NCBI GenBank assembly: GCA_030429505.1 | Contig: JAUIFI010000001.1 | Span: forward strand, 390,001-422,000 | Source of the DNA: Candidatus Saccharimonadota bacterium | GTDB lineage: Bacteria > Patescibacteriota > Gracilibacteria > UBA4473 | Direction of reading: 5' to 3' | DNA: 32,000 nucleotides | In this document: positions 18,296 to 26,082 of the stretch, one piece after another | Layout of the letters: the number at the start of each line of letters is the position of its first letter | How positions within the stretch are numbered: position 1 is the stretch's first letter | The notes under the pieces: model-generated | Databases searched by the model: none | Told to the model about the DNA's origin: nothing | Seen by the model: only the letters and a program-made list of their open reading frames with translations | Program-made: the position numbers and the translations under genes

Positions 18296-18969
18296 ATTCT
18301 TCTGAAAACCCAATAAATTGGAGAAACTTACTCAAAGAAGAATTTAAAAAATCATATTTTCAAGAACTCCAAACATTTCTCTCAGAAGAAAGAAGAAACA
18401 AAAAGGTCATATACCCTCCTCGATCAGAAATTTTTCGAGCACTTGAATTATGTCCTTTCCAAAAAATAAAAGTCGTGATCATCGGACAAGACCCTTATCA
18501 TGGACCTGGACAAGCCAATGGACTTTGTTTTTCAGTTCACAAAAATAAAACAATCCCTCCGTCTCTCCAAAATATATACAAAGAAATTCACAATGACCTT
18601 AATATCTCCATTCCTTCACATGGAGATATTTCTTCTTGGGCTGAACAAGGAGTACTTCTTCTCAACGCCACCCTCACCGTCCAAGCACATTCCCCTGCTT
18701 CGCATTCCAGAAAAGGTTGGGAGCATTTCACCGACCATATTATCGAGGAAATTTCCCAAAAAAAAGAACATATCGTATTTTTACTATGGGGAAGACACGC
18801 TCAAAACAAAGAACATTTAATAGACGATAAAAAACACTTTATTCTCAAAGCTCCACATCCATCACCCTTCTCAGCGAACTCAGGCTTCTTTGGATGTAAA
18901 CACTTTTCTAAAACAAACCATCTTCTAACACTTACCGAACAAGAACCAATTAACTGGAGTATTAAGTAA
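18292..18969 (+). CDS. ung: Uracil-DNA glycosylase (family 1)
   Basis: GQDPYHGPGQANGLCFSV (catalytic Asp motif), LLLNATLTV, and HPSPFSA (His motif). ATGA overlap with the upstream gene. Confidence 0.95.
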   Translation: MNSSENPINWRNLLKEEFKKSYFQELQTFLSEERRNKKVIYPPRSEIFRALELCPFQKIKVVIIGQDPYHGPGQANGLCFSVHKNKTIPPSLQNIYKEIHNDLNISIPSHGDISSWAEQGVLLLNATLTVQAHSPASHSRKGWEHFTDHIIEEISQKKEHIVFLLWGRHAQNKEHLIDDKKHFILKAPHPSPFSANSGFFGCKHFSKTNHLLTLTEQEPINWSIK

Positions 18970-18996
18970 GTAATCTTCCTCCCAAAACATAAGAAC

Positions 18997-19021
18997 AAAA
19001 AATACTTATGAAGTATTTTAT
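18997..19021. terminator. Weak AT-rich hairpin between convergent ung and miaA (possible bidirectional terminator)
   Basis: AAAATACTT atg AAGTATTTT (18999-19019), flanked by A and T runs. The stem is A/T-rich (eight of nine pairs, with one central G-C pair), so function is doubtful. Confidence 0.25.
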
Positions 19022-19773
19022 CATTCTCCCTTCATCCACAAAATATCCTCTCGTCCTCGCCACCACGTCAACTGTCGCTTCGCATAATTTCGGTTACGCT
19101 TCTGATTCAATGATAAAGCTTCTTCATAAGAAAGTTCTCCCTCCAAATATGCTCGAATTTCTTTATAGCCAAAGCTCATAAATGCAGATCGTGTAACATT
19201 ATATCTTGAAAGAATATATTTTGTCTCCTCAACTAAACCATGTTCAAACTGCCACTGAGCTCTTTTATTAATCCGTTCATACAAAATTTCACGCTCCCAC
19301 CACAGACCAATCTTAAGAAAAGGATAACGAGGAATATCTCTTTTCGTAGACTTTTCTCCTTTTTTATCAGTAAAAACATAATTTTCAGAAATCGCATCCA
19401 GCCACAACATCGTTCCACCACACAAAATTGGGATAGCCTTTTTCGAAAAAATCTCATCAAGCACTCGAAAAGCATACTGCTGAAAATCATACACCGAAAA
19501 ATCTTGATCCGGAGTCACCAAATCCAAACCATGATGAGGGATTCCCTGCATTTCATCTCTAGAAATCTTTGAAGCAGAAACGTCAATACCTTGATATACC
19601 TGCCGAGAATCTACCGAAATTATTTCTGCCGATACTAGATACTTTGCGACTTCAATTGAAAAAGCTGTCTTTCCACTCCCTGTCGGTCCTAAAATTTCAA
19701 TAACCCCATTCTTATGCCGTGCTAAAAAATCATCTATTTTCTCAAAAATTTCCCTTCTTGAATACAGTTTCAT
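19021..19773 (-). CDS. miaA: tRNA dimethylallyltransferase MiaA (short form)
   Basis: P-loop GPTGSGKT, DSRQVYQGIDVSASKI, CGGTMLW, and the C-terminal YAKRQLTWWR. At 250 aa the middle region is much shorter than in E. coli MiaA. Confidence 0.9.
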   Translation of the reverse strand: MKLYSRREIFEKIDDFLARHKNGVIEILGPTGSGKTAFSIEVAKYLVSAEIISVDSRQVYQGIDVSASKISRDEMQGIPHHGLDLVTPDQDFSVYDFQQYAFRVLDEIFSKKAIPILCGGTMLWLDAISENYVFTDKKGEKSTKRDIPRYPFLKIGLWWEREILYERINKRAQWQFEHGLVEETKYILSRYNVTRSAFMSFGYKEIRAYLEGELSYEEALSLNQKRNRNYAKRQLTWWRGREDILWMKGE

Positions 19774-19828
19774 CAGGTAGTATCATAACAAATGTTATAA
19801 AAAACAAACACAAAAAGTGCGTTTTCAA

Positions 19829-19856
19829 CACATTTCGATTCTTGAATCGAAATGTG
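19829..19856. promoter_or_regulatory. Perfect 28-bp palindrome in the divergent miaA / tRNA-Arg spacer (candidate operator)
   Basis: CACATTTCGATTC TT GAATCGAAATGTG. The 13-nt arms are perfectly complementary. Confidence 0.35.
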
Positions 19857-19932
19857 AGAGGAGGAGTAGACAGAGACCATGGAGTCTCGAGTAAAATCGA
19901 GGGACGAAATGGCCGTCGTCTGCGACGACGAA

Positions 19933-20006
19933 GGCCCCATAGTTTAATGGAAAAACATCCCCCTCCTAAGGGGAAGCTGCTGGTTCGATCCCAGCTGGGG
20001 TCACCA
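19933..20006 (+). tRNA. tRNA-Arg (anticodon CCU), CCA encoded
   Basis: Hand-folded cloverleaf. Acceptor GGCCCCA/TGGGGTC. D arm GTTT-AATGGAA-AAAC. Anticodon arm TCCCC-CTCCTAA-GGGGA (CCT at 19965-19967). T arm GCTGG-TTCGATC-CCAGC. Discriminator A plus CCA. Confidence 0.9.
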
Positions 20007-20027
20007 GAAAAACCTTTTAAAGCATAT

Positions 20028-20056
20028 TTGTAATAAAAATGTTTTTATGTTATAAT
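20028..20056 (+). promoter_or_regulatory. Putative promoter of the 20077-24019 operon (TTGTAA-17-TATAAT)
   Basis: TTGTAA 20028-20033 and a consensus TATAAT at 20051-20056, 20 nt upstream of ATG 20077. Confidence 0.5.
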
Positions 20057-20076
20057 GAAAAGATATAAGAAAAACT

Positions 20077-20409
20077 ATGTCCCTCCCACAAATTATTTCA
20101 CAGATAAAAAATCTTCTAAAAGAAAATGTCTTCATAACGGAAGAACAAAAGGAAAGTATTAAAAATCAGCTTGACACAATACCCCCCAAAAAACTCAACA
20201 CAATTCTAAAAACACTACAAGAAGCAGCTATTGATCAAAAAAAAGTAATAACAGAAGTTATGAAAAAAAATCCTCATTTCTCAAAAGATGTTGAACACAA
20301 ACTCAATCAAGAAGTGACAAAATTCCTCAACAAAAAAGAAGGTGAAAACAAAGGAAAAGAGGAAGAAGTCCTCGTATCTCTTGAAAAAGATATTGAAAAC
20401 CTTTTCTAA
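20077..20409 (+). CDS. 110-aa Lys/Glu-rich helical protein, unknown function
   Basis: First gene after the promoter. ITEEQKESIKNQLDTIPPKKLNTILKTLQEA resembles the motif in the 138-aa protein at 5980-6396. Confidence 0.7.
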   Translation: MSLPQIISQIKNLLKENVFITEEQKESIKNQLDTIPPKKLNTILKTLQEAAIDQKKVITEVMKKNPHFSKDVEHKLNQEVTKFLNKKEGENKGKEEEVLVSLEKDIENLF

Positions 20410-20412
20410 AAA

Positions 20413-22134
20413 ATGAAAAAATTACAACACACTCTTTTGTCAGGCTTTCAGACCAAAAATTCATTTATATGGAATATCTCCAATAATCCAGAAAATCAAA
20501 ATACAAATGAAACAAACCCTGAGAGTTCTCCCGACAAACAACTTACCCCAGAAGAAAGAACTGAAATGTTTGAAGAAAGACTTCAGGCATGGGTTGCAGC
20601 TGAACATATAAGCCCCACAGTAGCAGATACCATAAAAACAGCCATTTATGAAAATATAGACTACGACACCCTATCAGAAGAAGTTAAAACATCCCTCGCC
20701 AACCTTCAAAATCTTGGATTTGAACTGACAAGAATCATAACAAACAGAACAGAAAAACACTATATGCCATTAGCGGAAATCAGAGATTTTGAACAAGATG
20801 AAGTAAACCAGTTTCTACGAGATAACCCCAAAAAATACATCCATCCCATTAATGGACTGACTTATATAAACGAATTTGGAGAAGAAAAAAATATTACCAT
20901 TGGGGAACAAGTCGCTAAAGCAAGTCAAAAACTCCAGATAGATCTAACAACCCCTGAAGGACAAAGAGACTTTCAACGAGCCCTAGAAGAAGCTGCTCAA
21001 GGTGGACAAATAAACTCTATACCTATCTCAGAAATCAAACAACTTGGACAAGCTCTCCAATCTATTAAAGAAAATAATATTGCCAATGAAAACGAAATTC
21101 GGATTATCCAAAAAAGCCTCGCTACTATGAGCGATGAACTCAGAAAGAGTATAGGAAATAAAGATGATCTTTATGGAGGAAAAACAGACACAGCTCTCCA
21201 ACAATTCTTCGCTATGGTCAACAAACGTTATGAACACATACAAGAGACACATATAAACTTTGTAAACGTACCGGAACTTCTAGAAAAACCAACTCCCCCA
21301 ACCATAGACGAAAAGCACAAATGTGACAGGTATCTATGGGTTACAGATAACTCACCAAGCATGTTAGATGATATAGAAGATGTAGAAGAAGAAATTGCCA
21401 TAACCAAAGAAATTCAAGATCTTAATCCCGAAGGACATCGAACAAAATTCGAAAGAGGAAGATTCTTAACAAGTAGTATTGAGGGAAGAAACCAACATGA
21501 AGCTATTATGAACAGTGTTGCATACAATGTGTCAAGAATAGTAGAAAATCCTGAAAAATACACAGGAGAAGAAATAACATTAATAGCTTCAACTGATGAG
21601 GGATTTCAAGATGGAAGTAGAGAAATATTTAATAAAATAGCAGATGATATAGCATTTCTGAAAAGGCATAACGTTCATCTATCAATAATCTTTCAAAGAA
21701 GAGATATGTCTATTCCTGAAGAACCCCTTGTACAAAATATATCTTTTGAAGAGCTAAGCAACTACTATTTGAATAATGAGCAAGAAGCACAAAACCTGTA
21801 TGTGGAAGCCTTGGAAAGCATTTATGATAGACAAAATTTAACTCCAGAGGCAAAAAGAGGACTTTTAAGCCAAGCTCGAAGACAAGCAGATGGTCAAAGC
21901 TTAAGCATAAGACTTCCGAATCAAAGGCAAAGAAGAATTCCAAGAGAAACGCACCACGCATTTGACGTTCCAAGTGACTTAGGAGAAACAGTAGATATAA
22001 AAGCTGAAAAACAAAAAATAAAAGAATGCAAAAAAAGACTCATAAAATACAAAAAAGACCTAGCGATCTGGAACAAAAAAAGATTAGCATACGAAAATCA
22101 GCAATCAGAAATAGCCGAAAATTTACAAAAATAA
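20413..22134 (+). CDS. 573-aa protein: PG-binding-like segment + vWA domain with intact MIDAS + C-terminal coiled coil
   Basis: IRIIQKSLATMSDELRKSIGNKDDLYGGKTDTALQQFF resembles PG_binding_1. YLWVTDNSPSM (DxSxS, 21346-21360) ... EITLIASTDEGFQDG ... HNVHLSIIFQ follows vWA strand order. No signal peptide. Confidence 0.8.
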   Translation: MKKLQHTLLSGFQTKNSFIWNISNNPENQNTNETNPESSPDKQLTPEERTEMFEERLQAWVAAEHISPTVADTIKTAIYENIDYDTLSEEVKTSLANLQNLGFELTRIITNRTEKHYMPLAEIRDFEQDEVNQFLRDNPKKYIHPINGLTYINEFGEEKNITIGEQVAKASQKLQIDLTTPEGQRDFQRALEEAAQGGQINSIPISEIKQLGQALQSIKENNIANENEIRIIQKSLATMSDELRKSIGNKDDLYGGKTDTALQQFFAMVNKRYEHIQETHINFVNVPELLEKPTPPTIDEKHKCDRYLWVTDNSPSMLDDIEDVEEEIAITKEIQDLNPEGHRTKFERGRFLTSSIEGRNQHEAIMNSVAYNVSRIVENPEKYTGEEITLIASTDEGFQDGSREIFNKIADDIAFLKRHNVHLSIIFQRRDMSIPEEPLVQNISFEELSNYYLNNEQEAQNLYVEALESIYDRQNLTPEAKRGLLSQARRQADGQSLSIRLPNQRQRRIPRETHHAFDVPSDLGETVDIKAEKQKIKECKKRLIKYKKDLAIWNKKRLAYENQQSEIAENLQK

Positions 22135-22146
22135 TCATCTTTTATA

Positions 22147-23019
22147 ATGATTCAAAACAAAACAAATTTATCAAATAAAGTGCCATCTCAAGAGCTAGCG
22201 GAGAAAGCAAAAGAAGAAAATAAAGCTATTATCGCAGAAGCAAAAGACGATCTTAGTACAATAAAACCTTTATTAAAAGAATATAACGGACTTTCTACCG
22301 CTGATGTATTTCTTCAGTACGACCAAGTACTCATTCTCAGTCACTCCGGAGGCGAAATGAGTAAAAAAGATGCGGAAATACTCGCTCCCCACATAAGAAA
22401 TGTAGTAAAAAACCAAATCAATCATCCCGAAGAAAAACGAACAGCCCTAGCTATGTATACTTTCGAAAGAGGAATTACACAAATTCAGTCATTTACCACA
22501 GATAGTCATACTATATCCCTCAATATAATAGGAAATCTTCACAACTTACCAACACAAACAACACAAGGCGTAGGAGAAGAAGTACTCAAGTCTATTAAAG
22601 CAGTATTAGAACAAGCACCATTTTCCAAAGAAGAAACTCCAAAACTTTTGAGAGTATACACCAATTCAGGGCTAGAACATTTAGACATAAGTTTATTAGA
22701 AGATGATGTAATAAGAAATGCAGAATCAAATGGCATAGAAATAGAAATAGTCATTACAAATTATACAAAATCACAGAAAGGAAGAATCTTTAACTTACAA
22801 GAGCTAAGAACATTCGTCAAAAGAATGAGCTCGGACCAAATACAAGAAACTTTTTACGAACCAAGCCTCGATGCGCCACAAAAATTAGGAACAGAAATTC
22901 CCATGGATCGCTACGAAACAAAAACTCCAAATGATAAAAAACCTTCCCACGAAAAAAATGAACTCGATAACCATTTTGACCCATTAGACCCTTTTGCAAA
23001 CGAACCACAAAAAACCTAA
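22147..23019 (+). CDS. 290-aa protein, probable degenerate vWA-fold paralogue (MIDAS lost)
   Basis: VLILSHSGGEMS / ALAMYTF / KLLRVYTNSGLEH / NGIEIEIVITNY occur in the same order and spacing as vWA beta strands, but lack the DxSxS acidic residue. The assignment is tentative. Confidence 0.75.
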   Translation: MIQNKTNLSNKVPSQELAEKAKEENKAIIAEAKDDLSTIKPLLKEYNGLSTADVFLQYDQVLILSHSGGEMSKKDAEILAPHIRNVVKNQINHPEEKRTALAMYTFERGITQIQSFTTDSHTISLNIIGNLHNLPTQTTQGVGEEVLKSIKAVLEQAPFSKEETPKLLRVYTNSGLEHLDISLLEDDVIRNAESNGIEIEIVITNYTKSQKGRIFNLQELRTFVKRMSSDQIQETFYEPSLDAPQKLGTEIPMDRYETKTPNDKKPSHEKNELDNHFDPLDPFANEPQKT

Positions 23020-23125
23020 GAAAAAAGCCTTCATTCCCCAAAAAACCTTAAAAGCAAATAATAGTTTGTTTTGTTTGCGAAACTATAGGTTTTTCTTATC
23101 ATGAGAGAGTAGCCAGATATAAAAT

Positions 23126-24019
23126 ATGAATTTTTCAGAATACCTATCTCCATTAGGAAGACAAAAAACAAAATTTATCATTATCTTTCTCATACTAGGA
23201 GGACTTTTCTGGCAAATTATAACCCTTATTCCAGCAAAGGAAAAAATAACACTTTATTTTTCAGTAAAACCAACTGTTTCAGAAGAAATACCGGAAAATC
23301 TTTCTCTTGATCCCATAGAAAGCAGTATGAAAGTAGCTGAAGGGATTGCCGGCTGGGCCAAAAACCCAGCCTTTAGAAATGAAATACTACAACAAGCAGA
23401 TGTATACATACCCCATTTTAAAAGGAAAATAACTGCAAAAAAACAAAATCGCATCAACGTATTCTGGACCATTAAATTAAACGAAAACGAAAGCAATTTT
23501 TCTGATAAAATAAAAAATGCACTCATACAAACCATCGAGAAATATTTTAACGAATGGAATACCAATCACGCTTTTCCCTTTGCTATAACCACTCCTACTA
23601 CAGCATCAGAGCTTCAAACATTCCCCCTTTCCTGGCGCATCGCAGCAGTCATGATCACCAGCCTACTTTTGACTATATTCATTCTATATATCCATGAAGC
23701 ACTCACGAAAAAAATAGCCTTTCCCAGTGAAGTAAAAAAAATATTTCCTGACTCCCCCACACTTGTCATCCCAGAAAAAGTTGGAAAACATGATTCACAA
23801 TTACTCGAACAATTCCTCTCTACCTTCGAAAAACCAATCCTCATCTCAACCTTTTCTGTAGGAGAAAAAGCATTTCCAGTTTCCTCCTTAGAAGATTCAA
23901 TAAATGGAGAAAGTGTTTCCATACTTCTCGTTCAACTCGGACAAACAACCATTACAGAACTTGAAAACATCAAAGCCATTATTGGAGAAGAAGTTGGAAT
24001 AATTGTCTTCGAAAAATAG
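23126..24019 (+). CDS. 297-aa two-TM membrane protein, Wzz/YveK-like (chain-length-determinant topology) with a short cytoplasmic tail
   Basis: N-terminal KTKFIIIFLILGGLFWQIITLI, a ~140-aa external domain, a second TM WRIAAVMITSLLLTIFILYI, and a C-terminal ~100 aa resembling the tail of BY-kinase partners but without a Walker A motif. Confidence 0.75.
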   Translation: MNFSEYLSPLGRQKTKFIIIFLILGGLFWQIITLIPAKEKITLYFSVKPTVSEEIPENLSLDPIESSMKVAEGIAGWAKNPAFRNEILQQADVYIPHFKRKITAKKQNRINVFWTIKLNENESNFSDKIKNALIQTIEKYFNEWNTNHAFPFAITTPTTASELQTFPLSWRIAAVMITSLLLTIFILYIHEALTKKIAFPSEVKKIFPDSPTLVIPEKVGKHDSQLLEQFLSTFEKPILISTFSVGEKAFPVSSLEDSINGESVSILLVQLGQTTITELENIKAIIGEEVGIIVFEK

Positions 24020-24066
24020 ATACACACACACTTTAAGCCTCATTTAAAAGTGAAAGAAAAAAAAAT

Positions 24067-24095
24067 TTGGCTAAACATTCAATTTATCCGATAAT
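24067..24095 (+). promoter_or_regulatory. Putative hpf promoter (TTGGCT-17-GATAAT) preceded by an A9 tract
   Basis: TTGGCT 24067-24072, GATAAT 24090-24095, and an A-tract at 24057-24065 in the UP-element position. Confidence 0.35.
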
Positions 24096-24128
24096 ACAAG
24101 AGAAGATAATTTTAATCAGAGAAAAGCC

Positions 24129-24452
24129 ATGATACTTCAATTTCAAACTAAAAACATTACCTTTTTTGAAGAAGATGAAGCGTATTTTCAAAAAAGGTTC
24201 CTCGACCTTGAAAAATTCCTAGGATCAGAAATAGGCGACGAAAATTCGGTCGAAACTAGAATTACTATCAAAAAAAGCAAACAACACTCGGGAAAAAGGT
24301 TTGAGGCCGCAGCAACCATTTTCGCTCCACATCATGGAAAATTTCACGCTCAAACAGAATCTGAAAATATAAAGAAATGTGCTGATGAGTTAAAAGACAA
24401 ATTAAAAGAAGAAATAAAAAAAATTCACGAAAAGAAAGAAAGACGTATATAA
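24129..24452 (+). CDS. hpf: Ribosome hibernation promoting factor / RaiA family (short form)
   Basis: The 107-aa sequence MILQFQTKNITFFEEDEAYFQKRFLDLEKFL...RFEAAATIFAPHHGKFHAQTESENIKKCADELKDKLKEEIKKIHEKK fits the S30EA beta-alpha-beta-beta-beta-alpha pattern of E. coli HPF. Confidence 0.7.
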   Translation: MILQFQTKNITFFEEDEAYFQKRFLDLEKFLGSEIGDENSVETRITIKKSKQHSGKRFEAAATIFAPHHGKFHAQTESENIKKCADELKDKLKEEIKKIHEKKERRI

Positions 24453-24494
24453 TCTACAAGATTCCTCTTCTTTCAAAAATAAAAATACAAAAAC

Positions 24495-25358
24495 ATGCCA
24501 GAAGAAAACACTCCTTCTCCCAATAACACTCTCTCTCCTTTAGAGGAGAAAAAAGACAATGTTCCTTCCAGAATCCCTCCAACCTCCAGTGGAAAACTTG
24601 GAACAAAGCTTACCAAAGAAGAAAGAGAAAAAATGTTTCGAGAAAGAAAGAAGACTCCATTTCTCGTAGCATTATTAAAGTACATAGCCCTCCTTCTTGT
24701 TGTTGGTGGGATAGGTACATATAGCTGGCTAAGCATAGAATTAGAACCAGAAAATAAATATCTTTCTTTGTTTAATCTTGGAGAAAATACATCTGTGCGG
24801 TATCAAAAATCTACCGAAGAACGGATGCAAAAAGAAGTAGAAAATGCCGAACTAGTTCACAATCTAGAAGAAATAAACCGAAAATTAGAAACTAAAGAAT
24901 ACTCCCTGAATACAGAAAAAATAAATAACATCAGAGCTAATCAACTCGTCTGGTTTGACGAAAAAAACGAAGAGGACGAAACCGTATATGGAATTTTGAA
25001 TAGCCCTAGCCATATTCAACAATACCTCTCCTCTGAAGAATTTGAAGACCTAGTACTCAACGGAAGTAATGAATTTATTATCAAAAACATAAAGGCCAGT
25101 AGAAATGATCTTAAGTTTAGAGTCATCAGCTCCAACATATTCGGCAAAGTATTTTATCTCAATACTGAATTCATAAGAATGATGAATTCATTCTCATTCC
25201 TCAAAAACGGAGACATACGAAATTTCACCAGAAAACAAAACGAAGAAGAAGAAGACGTTATGGAATTCGCCATTAAGTTTGATATTCAATCTCCTGAAGA
25301 AACCGACTCATTCGATGAATACTTCACTGAATATGAGACATGGAAGCAAGGTCTCTAA
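24495..25358 (+). CDS. Bitopic membrane protein, possible PilN-like pilus alignment component
   Basis: Disordered N-terminus, a single TM FLVALLKYIALLLVVGGIGTYSWL, a coiled coil, then an alpha/beta region. It sits immediately upstream of PilO-like/pilB/pilC. The canonical PilN INLLP motif is absent. Confidence 0.7.
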   Translation: MPEENTPSPNNTLSPLEEKKDNVPSRIPPTSSGKLGTKLTKEEREKMFRERKKTPFLVALLKYIALLLVVGGIGTYSWLSIELEPENKYLSLFNLGENTSVRYQKSTEERMQKEVENAELVHNLEEINRKLETKEYSLNTEKINNIRANQLVWFDEKNEEDETVYGILNSPSHIQQYLSSEEFEDLVLNGSNEFIIKNIKASRNDLKFRVISSNIFGKVFYLNTEFIRMMNSFSFLKNGDIRNFTRKQNEEEEDVMEFAIKFDIQSPEETDSFDEYFTEYETWKQGL

Positions 25359-25380
25359 AATATCTTTTCTCCCTCTATTT

Positions 25381-26082
25381 ATGCAAACTCCTCAACAAAT
25401 TTTTTCCAGAAAAGAACTTATGAGAAAAAATCCAATTACTTGGATTGTACTTCTAGCTTTAGCATTATTATTTCTAATGTTTATTATAAGTCCTCAATTT
25501 TTAGAGTGGCAAGAAAAAACAAGTGCTATAAAAACCAATCAAAGCAAAATATCACAACTCAAAGTGACAAATGAAGCTTTAAAAGAAGAAATTGCAATAA
25601 AAGAAATCGAGCTCGAAACCGTTGCTCGAGAAGTAATTGAGGAAGAAAAACAAACCTTCCCTGCCAATCTTAATACAGCAACTATCGCCAGAATTTTAGA
25701 AATATATGCCCTTCAATTAGAAAATCTGGACACAAGACTCTACGATTCACATTTTCAACTTCAAAATCTCGATTTTGGTAACACAAAGTCTTTTGAGGAA
25801 ACAGGTATAAATGAAACCAGCGTATCCATCAAAGTATCAAGTGACTACCAAAACCTCAGAGAATTTGTCCTCTACCTTCAGACAGGAGAAATTTCCGACA
25901 GAGTAGAAAGAGGAAGAGAAAACAAACAAATTGCTACGAATGATTATACATTTCTCGAAAACAACCTTCTCCCAGTTATGAATATAGACTCTATTCAAAT
26001 TAACCAACAACAAGCAGACGAAAGATTACTTGATATAGAGATTCAAGGTCGATTCTTCTCGCAATATCAAAGCAATGAATGA
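25381..26082 (+). CDS. pilO: PilO-like type IV pilus assembly protein
   Basis: TM ITWIVLLALALLFLMFII, a coiled coil (KISQLKVTNEALKEEIAIKEIELE), then VSIKVSSDYQNLREFVLYLQT, typical of the PilO C-terminal domain. ATG 25381 avoids the overlap that the track start 25279 creates. Confidence 0.65.
   Translation: MQTPQQIFSRKELMRKNPITWIVLLALALLFLMFIISPQFLEWQEKTSAIKTNQSKISQLKVTNEALKEEIAIKEIELETVAREVIEEEKQTFPANLNTATIARILEIYALQLENLDTRLYDSHFQLQNLDFGNTKSFEETGINETSVSIKVSSDYQNLREFVLYLQTGEISDRVERGRENKQIATNDYTFLENNLLPVMNIDSIQINQQQADERLLDIEIQGRFFSQYQSNE

Noticed and set aside
19879-19947. 22-codon mini-ORF (MESRVKSRDEMAVVCDDEGPIV) preceded by GGAGGAG in the tRNA leader
   Set aside because: It reads into the mature tRNA. 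The SD-like purine run is 13 nt away in a genome that otherwise does not use SD sites. There is no basis for a leader-peptide mechanism for a tRNA gene.
19719-20033. 104-aa plus-strand ORF from the track
   Set aside because: It begins inside miaA (antisense), then runs through the promoter spacer, the 28-bp palindrome and the entire tRNA-Arg gene. It is an artefact of stop-free sequence.
24022-24065. (AC)5 microsatellite (24022-24031) and A9 tract (24057-24065) upstream of hpf
   Set aside because: Short simple repeats are expected by chance in AT-rich intergenic DNA. At most the A-tract acts as an UP-like element.
19933-24128. tRNA-Arg-adjacent block as an integrated mobile element or genomic island
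   Set aside because: There is no integrase, recombinase or transposase. I saw no direct repeat of the tRNA 3' end (GGTTCGATCCCAGCTGGGGTCACCA) downstream. Gene grammar (no SD, tight packing) matches the host backbone.
25279-25380. 34-codon extension of the PilO-like gene overlapping the upstream gene by 80 nt
   Set aside because: The ATG at 25381 removes the overlap and leaves a normal short cytoplasmic N-terminus before the TM helix.
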